DNA from: Pseudomonadota bacterium
GTDB lineage: Bacteria > Pseudomonadota > Gammaproteobacteria > QQUJ01
Assembly: GCA_008501635.1 (NCBI GenBank)
Contig: QQUJ01000018.1
Coordinates: 335,286-399,285 of the forward strand
Direction of reading: 5' to 3'
DNA length: 64,000 nucleotides
Shown here: piece after piece, positions 40,981 to 48,800 of the stretch
How positions within the stretch are numbered: the stretch's first letter is position 1
Layout: every line of letters starts with the position of its first letter
Position numbers and translations under genes: made by a program
The notes under the pieces: model-generated
Databases searched by the model: none
Seen by the model: the letters and a program-made list of their open reading frames with translations, nothing else
What the model was told of the DNA's origin: nothing

Positions 40981-41523
40981 ATGACCGGTAAGGGACGGGA
41001 TAGTACGCGCGGTATCGGGCGGGCGATGATCCTGACCGGATGGGTCGTTGCCCTCGTGTTGCTCAGCCTGGGGTTTCATCGTTGGTTTGAACAGCAACAC
41101 AATCCGAACCAGGTGGTGAATAGCCACTTCACCGCCGATGGGAGTGCCGAAGTTGTTCTCCTGCGAAATCGGCACGGACATTACGTGGCCAACGGTAAAG
41201 TAAACGGGTATCCGGCCGCTTTTCTACTCGATACCGGTGCCAGTGATATTTCGGTGCCCGGTGATCTTGCTCAAAGATGGGGTTTGAAGCGGGGCTTGCC
41301 CCGCCAATATCGGACAGCCAACGGTATGATTACTACTTTTAGTACCCAACTCGAGCGGGTTGAACTGGGCGATATCGTGCTCGACAAAGTTCGCGCGCAC
41401 ATTAACCCGCATTTAGGGAATCATGAGATTCTGTTAGGTATGAGTTTCCTCAAGCATCTCGAATTGATTCAACGCGGCGATACGCTCACTTTGCGGCAAC
41501 ACCGTCGTCCCGCATCTTTGTGA
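40981..41523 (+). CDS. Retropepsin-like clan AA aspartic protease, membrane-anchored
   Basis: GHYVANG, FLLDTGAS, TANG, LLGMSFL. Confidence 0.9.
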   Translation: MTGKGRDSTRGIGRAMILTGWVVALVLLSLGFHRWFEQQHNPNQVVNSHFTADGSAEVVLLRNRHGHYVANGKVNGYPAAFLLDTGASDISVPGDLAQRWGLKRGLPRQYRTANGMITTFSTQLERVELGDIVLDKVRAHINPHLGNHEILLGMSFLKHLELIQRGDTLTLRQHRRPASL

Positions 41524-41613
41524 GATCTAATTGGCGGTAACGGATGCACTGATGGATTACACTCTGAATTGAGTAATGACTACATCGATGAATCAGAGCT
41601 TTAGCATGTAGCG

Positions 41614-42228
41614 ATGCACGACAGGATTGCACAGTGGTTGAATTCGAAACCCGACACGGAGGTGTCTGCTTTGCCGATGTCGGCGGGTGACTATCGCCTT
41701 AATCCCACCGCTCCCGTTCGTACCGGATACACTCAGGCTGCCGTGCTTGTGCCCCTGGTGGATCGACCGGAGGGTATGACGGTACTGCTCACCCTGCGCA
41801 CCGAACATCTCAATGACCATGCAGGGCAGGTGAGCTTTCCAGGCGGTCGCGTAGAACCAAGTGATCGCAGCACCATCGAGACCGCTCTGCGCGAGACCGA
41901 AGAGGAGATCGGCGTGGGTCGACAGCACATCCAGGTGCTCGGGTATCTGGATCGTTATCGGACTGTAACCGGTTTTGACATCGAACCTGTGGTGGGTGTC
42001 GTAACACCGGGTTTTACCTTGAAGCCCGACCCTTTCGAGGTGGCCGAGATTTTCGAAGTTTCCCTTGAGTTGGTGTTGTGCGAAGAGAGCTTCCGCCGTG
42101 AAACCCTTCTGCACAAAGGTTGCGAACGCCATTTCTACGAAATTCCCCACAAGCGCCACCACATCTGGGGAGCCACCGCGGGTATTCTGCGTACCCTCTG
42201 CCTGCGCGCCCAGGCCACCGTCGGCTGA
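41614..42228 (+). CDS. CoA pyrophosphatase (NudL/Pcd1-type NUDIX)
   Basis: AAVLVPL, HAGQVSFPGG, ALRETEEEIG, IWGATAG. Confidence 0.9.
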   Translation: MHDRIAQWLNSKPDTEVSALPMSAGDYRLNPTAPVRTGYTQAAVLVPLVDRPEGMTVLLTLRTEHLNDHAGQVSFPGGRVEPSDRSTIETALRETEEEIGVGRQHIQVLGYLDRYRTVTGFDIEPVVGVVTPGFTLKPDPFEVAEIFEVSLELVLCEESFRRETLLHKGCERHFYEIPHKRHHIWGATAGILRTLCLRAQATVG

Positions 42229-42239
42229 CCTGGAAACAA

Positions 42240-42314
42240 AGCCAACCCGCAGTACCGGGCGCTCGAACCGCGAGCGACCGGCACAGCTCGCGGGGGATTT
42301 TGAGATAGGTTCTA
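42240..42314. mobile_element. Internally deleted right end of the MITE
   Basis: GCCAACCCG..CCGGGCGCTCG/AACCGCGAGCGACCGGCACAGCTCGCGGGGGATTTTGAGATAGGTTCTA matches the right part of the 60144-60411 element. Confidence 0.88.
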
Positions 42315-42712
42315 ATTACGCCGGCAAGGCCGCGGCGTGCATCGACGGTCTGCAACGCCACGACATCATGTGCGTGTATGTCGAATCCCCCGATGAGGCG
42401 GGCCATGCCGGGCGGCTCGATTACAAGCTCCAGGCGATCGAGGATTTTGACCAGAAAATCGTCGGCCCGGTGCTGGATTACCTGGCCGCACAGGGTGGCT
42501 ATCGTGCGGTGGCCTGTCCCGGCCATCCCACCCCGGTGGCTGTGAAGACGCACGCGCGAGAGCCGGTCCCGTTCGCCATGTGCGGCACCGGCATCACCGC
42601 CGACACCAACGATGCCTATGATGAATGGTTGCTCAGCAACGGAAGTGTTTCGTTCGATCCGGGCTACCGCATGATGGAGTTCATGCTCAACGGATCTGCG
42701 CCCCGCCGCTAG
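42314..42712 (+). pseudogene. apgM: C-terminal fragment of ApgM-type cofactor-independent phosphoglycerate mutase
   Basis: NYAGKA, VESPDEAGH, KLQAIEDFD, HPTP, KTH, PVPF; N-terminal two-thirds missing; begins exactly at the MITE end. Confidence 0.8.
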
Positions 42713-42715
42713 TCA

Positions 42716-43315
42716 TCAGGGGATATAATCGCGAATCCGCTCGGCGATCTGCTGCGGCGTGGCGCTGTGGGCAAACTTGGTGAGAAAGGTACCGTCGGGC
42801 CCCATCAGGAAGACCCCCGCACTGTGATCCACCCGATAAACATCGGGAGGATCGGCCGGTAACCGCACCTTTTCGAAGCGGATCCGGAAATTCTGCGTTA
42901 CCCGTTCGATCATCTGGTGAGAGCCCGTAAGCCCGATCAGCCGTGGATTGAAGTAGCTGACGAAATCGCGCATCACGGCCGGCGTGTCACGATCCGGGTC
43001 GACACTGATCAGTAACGGTTGGACCTGTTCGGCCTGGTCACCCAGTAACTCAAGTGCCTGATTGATGATCACCATCGCGGTGGGGCAGACATCGGGGCAT
43101 GCGGTATAGCCGAAATAGATCAGCAGGAACTTACCGCGAAAGCTGCGATCCGTCACGATCTCGCCGTAGTGATCGAGAAGCATAAAACGGCCCTCAATGC
43201 GCCCCTGCGCCAGGGGCTCAGAATCGGGCGCCGGATTGCCGGTCTGCGCCTGGGCAATGGCCGCCATCAGGAGCACAGCCGCGCCTGTGATGCCGATACG
43301 TTGAAGTGTGGACAT
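42716..43315 (-). CDS. SCO1/SenC family copper-binding protein
   Basis: FGYTACPDVCP, ISVDPDRDT, VDHS; signal-like N-terminus. Confidence 0.92.
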   Translation of the reverse strand: MSTLQRIGITGAAVLLMAAIAQAQTGNPAPDSEPLAQGRIEGRFMLLDHYGEIVTDRSFRGKFLLIYFGYTACPDVCPTAMVIINQALELLGDQAEQVQPLLISVDPDRDTPAVMRDFVSYFNPRLIGLTGSHQMIERVTQNFRIRFEKVRLPADPPDVYRVDHSAGVFLMGPDGTFLTKFAHSATPQQIAERIRDYIP

Positions 43316-43332
43316 GACCAATCGTTCCCCTG

Positions 43333-43680
43333 TTACTCCGCAAACGATCCTCTGAGTCGCTCGATACCTGCAGATACCTGCTGTGTAAACTCCGCGGCTG
43401 AGGGACAAGGTTGGTTGCTCTCAAGCGCTTTCATGAAGCCCGCGTTCGTCGTGTCCTCGAACAGGGCGCCCAAGGCGCGGATCTTGGGCACATTGGCGAC
43501 CATCGCCTCCTTCATGCGCCTGGTCTCGTCGTAAAATTTGCAGTGCAGCGCCACCCCGTTGAGCCCGCCGAGGTGATTGATCGCATCATGCTGTGCATCG
43601 CTGATGGCAGATGCGGCCATAGGCGTCCAGCCGGCGACCAAGAGGATGATGACAAGCAAGGGATGGCGGATTGTCGGCAT
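43333..43680 (-). CDS. Small exported two-Cys protein upstream of SCO
   Basis: Signal peptide; LGGLNGVALHC...PCP; 17-bp gap to the SCO start suggests an operon. Confidence 0.7.
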   Translation of the reverse strand: MPTIRHPLLVIILLVAGWTPMAASAISDAQHDAINHLGGLNGVALHCKFYDETRRMKEAMVANVPKIRALGALFEDTTNAGFMKALESNQPCPSAAEFTQQVSAGIERLRGSFAE

Positions 43681-43819
43681 GGTGCAGTTTCCAATGATCT
43701 ACCGTTGACGTTCATGCCGCGCACCGCGATAGCGCTGTGAGCGGCAAAGTTTGTATTAAGCGGCAAAGCGGGCGCTGTGTCCTTGCGTTGCATCAAGGCC
43801 CGAGGCGCCGTGACCGCAG

Positions 43820-44890
43820 TCAGGTCAATAGGTGCAGCCAGCCGTGGCGGTCGGGGATACGTCCGTACTGGATGCACAGGATTTCGTCGTAGAGCCGCCG
43901 TGCCAGGCCATTCTCCATGGCAGCCGGCACCGTATGATCCTCACCCCGATAGCCGAGACGACCGATCGGTGCCACCACCGCGGCGGTGCCGCTACCAAAG
44001 GCTTCGTGCAACTGGCCGTTTTTGCTTGCGTCGATGACTTCATCGATGGTGATGGGGCGCTCTTCGATCGGGACCCGCCACTCGTTGAGCAGGGTGATGA
44101 CCGCATCGCGGGTCACGCCGGGGAGTATGGTGCCACCCAGCGGTGCGGTGACTACTTTCGCGCCCAGGTGAAAGAAGATGTTCATCTGCCCGACCTCCTC
44201 CACATAGCGATGTTCGCGTCCATCCAACCACAGCACCTGGTTGTAACCGGCTGCCTGCGCCTCAGCTGTGGGAAGCAGGCTGGCGGCGTAGTTGCCGGCG
44301 GTTTTGGCGAAGCCCATCCCGCCGGGGGCCGCACGGGTATAGCGCTCCTCGACCTTGAGGGCGATGGGGGAGAAGCCGCCGGCGAAGTACTCGCGCACCG
44401 GTGAGGTCATGATGATCAGGCGATACTCTCGCGAGGGGCGCACGTCCAGATGGGCTTCGGTGCCAAGGATCAACGGGCGGATATAAAGCGCTTGCCCCGG
44501 CCGGGTGGGTACCCACTGGCGATCGACGGCCACCAGGGTTTCGATGGCCTGACAGAAGAGCCCACGATCGACCGGTGGAATGCAGAGGCGCTCGCAGGAG
44601 TGATAGAGCCGCGCCGCGTTGGCATCGGGTCGAAACAGGCGCACCTGCCCGTCGCTGCCGCGAAATGCTTTGAGTCCCTCGAAGACCAGCTGGCCGTAAT
44701 GCAGGGCAGCGGTACCGGGTTCCAGTGTCATCGGTCCGTAGGGTTCGATGCGCGGGTCGCGCCATGCACCATCCCGATAATCCATGGTGAAGAGATGGTC
44801 TGAAAAACAATTACCAAAGCCAAGATTGTCGAAATCGACCTGATTGATGCGACTTTCGACGATGGGTTGGACCGGGATGGTTGAATTCAC
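43820..44890 (-). CDS. ilvE: Branched-chain amino acid aminotransferase
   Basis: LHYGQLVFEGLKA, LYIRP, AKTAGNYA, ILPGVTR, GSGTAAVV; GTG start after AAGGAG. Confidence 0.93.
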   Translation of the reverse strand: MNSTIPVQPIVESRINQVDFDNLGFGNCFSDHLFTMDYRDGAWRDPRIEPYGPMTLEPGTAALHYGQLVFEGLKAFRGSDGQVRLFRPDANAARLYHSCERLCIPPVDRGLFCQAIETLVAVDRQWVPTRPGQALYIRPLILGTEAHLDVRPSREYRLIIMTSPVREYFAGGFSPIALKVEERYTRAAPGGMGFAKTAGNYAASLLPTAEAQAAGYNQVLWLDGREHRYVEEVGQMNIFFHLGAKVVTAPLGGTILPGVTRDAVITLLNEWRVPIEERPITIDEVIDASKNGQLHEAFGSGTAAVVAPIGRLGYRGEDHTVPAAMENGLARRLYDEILCIQYGRIPDRHGWLHLLT

Positions 44891-45056
44891 CGCTTGAACT
44901 CCTTAGCGCATAGTCCGGTGGTAGCTCACTGCCACATCATAACCCAAGGTTATCGAGTAGCGGGCGCACGCGGTTCACCCCGGCCGGGGTTCGCAAGTCG
45001 ATAGACGGAACGGTTCTCCCGCCATCGGTCGCGTTGGAGGGATCGCGGGCTAAGGA

Positions 45057-45293
45057 CTAACTGCGTAGTGTTGTGTAGAGACTGTCCTTCAGGGTGACGC
45101 GTTTCTTTTTCAGATCTTCCATCGTCTCGTCGCAGACGGGTTGACCCAGCTCTTCGAGACGACGAATCTCGGCATCGAGCTGGTCGTATTCATCCATGAG
45201 TTGCGCAAAGCGCGGGTCGCTCGCGCGTTTGGCCTCAATTTTGCCCTTCAGATCGGGGAACTCATGGATGAGGTCGTGGGTTTCGCCAAGCAT
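45057..45293 (-). CDS. DUF465 / YdcH family protein
   Basis: HDLIHEFP...F..L..EY..LD.EI...E...LKKKRV.LKD. Confidence 0.85.
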   Translation of the reverse strand: MLGETHDLIHEFPDLKGKIEAKRASDPRFAQLMDEYDQLDAEIRRLEELGQPVCDETMEDLKKKRVTLKDSLYTTLRS

Positions 45294-45333
45294 CGTAGCC
45301 TCCTGTTATTGGTCACCGGGTCTTAACCCAAGC

Positions 45334-45350
45334 ATAGTGCAGTGCACCAT
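45334..45350. promoter_or_regulatory. Second PhaR-like operator candidate
   Basis: ATAGTGCA-G-TGCACCAT, same AT-N2-TGCR-N-YGCA-N2-AT pattern, 41 bp upstream of the DUF465 ATG. Confidence 0.4.
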
Positions 45351-45371
45351 GAGGAACAATGCCTGGACGGC

Positions 45372-45815
45372 CTACTGAGGATTCTCCGGCTTGTCGCCGC
45401 TGAAGAACGCCTTGGTTCTCTCCCACAGGCTTTGCGACTTGTCTTTGCTCCAATCCGCGCCCTTCTCGACCTTTTCCGCTGTCCAGTCGGCGGCGCTGTT
45501 GACACCCTTAGCGGTCGCATCGACCCCCTTCTCGGCTTTGTCTGCGCTCCAATCCGCCGCTTTACCGGCACCCTCCCTCGTTGCGTCCCACCCTTGCCGG
45601 GCTTTCTCCTGACCCCAGTCGGCGGCCTTGTTGGCACCCGCTTTGGTCGTATCCCAGCCTTGCCTGGCCTTGTCCTTGGCCCAATCGGCCGCTTCGCTGG
45701 CCGTCTGTTTGGATTGCTCGACAACGCCGGGCTGGGCCGGGGATTCAGCCAGGGTCGGGCTGTTGACAATGAACAGGGCGATCAATAGCGCAAGGGTTCG
45801 TAGGTGAGGCGTCAT
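45372..45815 (-). CDS. Exported LEA-like protein with 11/22-aa amphipathic repeats
   Basis: Signal peptide; AADW..K..G.D.T repeats with 22-aa period; GGGAG RBS. Confidence 0.75.
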   Translation of the reverse strand: MTPHLRTLALLIALFIVNSPTLAESPAQPGVVEQSKQTASEAADWAKDKARQGWDTTKAGANKAADWGQEKARQGWDATREGAGKAADWSADKAEKGVDATAKGVNSAADWTAEKVEKGADWSKDKSQSLWERTKAFFSGDKPENPQ

Positions 45816-45834
45816 AGAGGCTCCCATGGTGAAT

Positions 45835-48800
45835 TCACTGCTTTGATTTACAGACGTTCGAGCGTTCTGCGAGGAAATCGTTCAGGAAACGTGCGGTATG
45901 CGATCCTCGTTTGCGCCCGGCGACCCGCGTCGGAGTGCCCTGCGCTACCACGCGCCCGCCGTTTTTCCCGCCTTCGGGACCCATGTCGATCACCCAATCG
46001 GCCTCGGCGATGATGTCGAGATTGTGCTCGATCACCACCACGCTGTTACCCGCGGCAACCAGGCGATGCAGGACGCGGATCAACTTTTCCACATCGGCCA
46101 TATGCAGGCCGATGGTGGGTTCATCGAGCAGGTAGAGGGTGTGTGCCGGCGAGACCGTCCGGCGTCGCCGATCGTTCTGTTCACCACCGGTCCGGGCCTT
46201 GGCCAACTCGGTGACCAGCTTGATACGTTGCGCCTCGCCGCCCGAAAGCGTGGGGCTCTGCTGGCCCAGGGTCAAATACCCCAATCCCACATCCTGCAGC
46301 AGGCACAGGGTGTGGTGAATGGCGGGGTGGGCGGCGAAGAAATCCACCGCCGTGTCGATGCTCATCGCCAGCACATCGGCGATGCTTTCATCCTTGAACA
46401 GCACCGCGCGGGTCTCCGCATTGAAGCGCGCGCCGCCGCAGGCCTCGCAGGCGACACGCACATCGGGCAGAAAACTCATCTCGATCTTCTGAATGCCCTG
46501 GCCTTCGCAGACTTCGCAACGCCCGCCTTTGACATTGAAGGAGAAGCGCCCCGGACCGTACCCGCGCAGCCGCGCTTCGGAGGTCTGCGCATAGAGTTTG
46601 CGGATCGCGTCCCAGATACCCACGTAGGTGGCAGGGCAGGAGCGGGGTGTTTTGCCGATGGGGGTTTGATCCACCTCCAGCAGCCGCTGCACCTTTTCCC
46701 AGCCTGCGATGTCCGCGCAGCCCTGCAACGGCAGCCGGGCACGACGTTTGCGTCGCGCACCCAGGAGGCGAACCAGGTTGTCACCCAACACATGCCGCAC
46801 CAGGGTACTCTTGCCGCTCCCGCTGACGCCGGTTATGCACACCAGGCGCCCCAGGGGAATGGTGGTGTCGACGCACTGCAGATTGTGCAGATCGGCCCCG
46901 TGAATGGCGATGGCTCCGGCATTGGGGTCGAGCCACGGCCGCTCCCGGACCAGGGGATGGGGAAGGGGATGCGCCAACATCCGGCCGGTGAGCGACTCTT
47001 TGCTGCGCATCAACTGTTTCAGACTGCCCTGGGCGACGATACGTCCGCCGCCGCTTCCCGCCCCGGGGCCCAGATCGATCAGGTGCTCGGCGCGGCGGAT
47101 GGTCTCCTCGTCGTGTTCCACCACCACGACACTGTTGCCCTTGGCCAGCAACTCGGCGAGGGTGTCGAGCAGCAGACGATTGTCACGCGGGTGCAGACCG
47201 ATGGTGGGTTCATCGAGGATGTAGCAGACACCGCGCAGATTGGAACCCAGTTGCGCGGCCAGGCGGATGCGTTGGGCTTCGCCACCCGACAAGGTAGGGG
47301 CGGCACGATCCAGCGTCAGGTAATCGAGCCCCACCTTCTGTAGAAAACCCAGACGGCTCAGCAGTTCGGCCCGTAGATCGCGCGCCACCGCCTCCTCGCG
47401 GCGATTCAACTTGAGGCGCCGCAACCAGCGCTCCGCTACCGCAACGGGAAACCCGGCAATGGCGGCGATGGAGTGGTCGCGAAAGCGCACCGCCAAAGCC
47501 TCGGGATTCAGGCGCGCACCCCCGCAACCGGCACAGTTGTGGGTCTCGCCCTCGAACCAGTCGTTCCACCAGATCTCTTCGCCGCTCTGCTCGGCGTCGA
47601 AGCCCTTGATGGCGAGCCCGGTGCCGAAACAGTCTGGACACCAGCCGTGCTTCGAGTTGTAGGAGAAGAGGCGCGGATCCAGTTCGGCAAAACTGCGGCC
47701 GCAACCGTGGCAAGCGCGACGCGACGAGTAGAGCGTCTCCTGGTGCGAGCGTTGCTCGACGATTTTCACCACGCCTTTGCCGAAGTCGAGAGCGCTGTTC
47801 AGCAGGGCCCGCAATTGGCTCTCCGAGCCGGGCGTCACTTTCAACTTCGCGACGGGGAGATCGATAGTGTGCTCGCGAAAACGGTCGAGGCGCGGCCAGT
47901 CAGCGGTGGGCAGCAGTTCGCCATCGACCCGCAGATGCGTGTACCCCTTGTTCAAGGCCCACTGGGCGAGATCGGTGTAGTAGCCTTTGCGATCCACGAC
48001 CAGCGGCGCCAGCAGTTGGATGGTTTCGCCGCGATACTCCTTGAGCAGACGCGCCGCGATGGCTTCGGGCGATTGCGGCTCGATGGGTAGATCGCACCGG
48101 GGACAGTGTTGCGTGCCCAGTTTGACGAACAGCAGGCGCAGAAAATGGTAGACCTCGGTGAGCGTCGCGACCGTGCTTTTGCGTCCTCCGCGGCTGGTGC
48201 GCTGTTCGATGGCCACCGTGGGCGGAATACCGTAGATGGCGTCCACCTCGGGGCGCGCCGACGGTTGCACGAACTGCCGTGCGTAGGCATTGAGTGATTC
48301 CAGGTAGCGCCGCTGCCCCTCGGCGAAAAGGATGTCGAAGGCCACTGTACTTTTTCCCGAACCGGAGATGCCGGTGATCACGGTAAACTTCTCTTTGGGA
48401 ATCGTGACATCGATGTTGCGCAGGTTGTGCTCACGGGCATTGTGGATCTGGATTGCTTTGTTATTGCGGCGCGCACCCCTGACGGATTTTGCTGTTGGCG
48501 GGCGCTTGGCGGCGGGTGATCGTTCATCGCGATTCGCCGTCGAGCGGTAATCGCGCAAAGCGCGTCCGGTGTGGGAGGAGGCCGATTTCGCCGCTTCCAT
48601 CGGCGATCCTGCGAAAACAATTTCTCCGCCTGCTTCACCGCCTTCGGGGCCGAGGTCGACCAGCCAGTCGGCGGCGTTGATGACGTCCAGATTGTGTTCG
48701 ATCACCAGCACCGAGTGTCCGTCGGCGAGCAGCCGTTCGAACGCCTCCAGTAATCGGGCTATATCGGCGAAATGCAGGCCGGTGGTGGGTTCGTCGAAGA

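Noticed and set aside
42065..42712. 215-aa ORF as an intact gene
   Set aside because: Its 5' half is an alternative frame of the CoA pyrophosphatase gene plus MITE sequence; only the 3' ApgM fragment is protein-like.
45400..45720. Periodic DNA repeats as a CRISPR array
   Set aside because: The 66-bp periodicity is degenerate and explained by protein repeats; no constant repeat with unique spacers and no cas genes.
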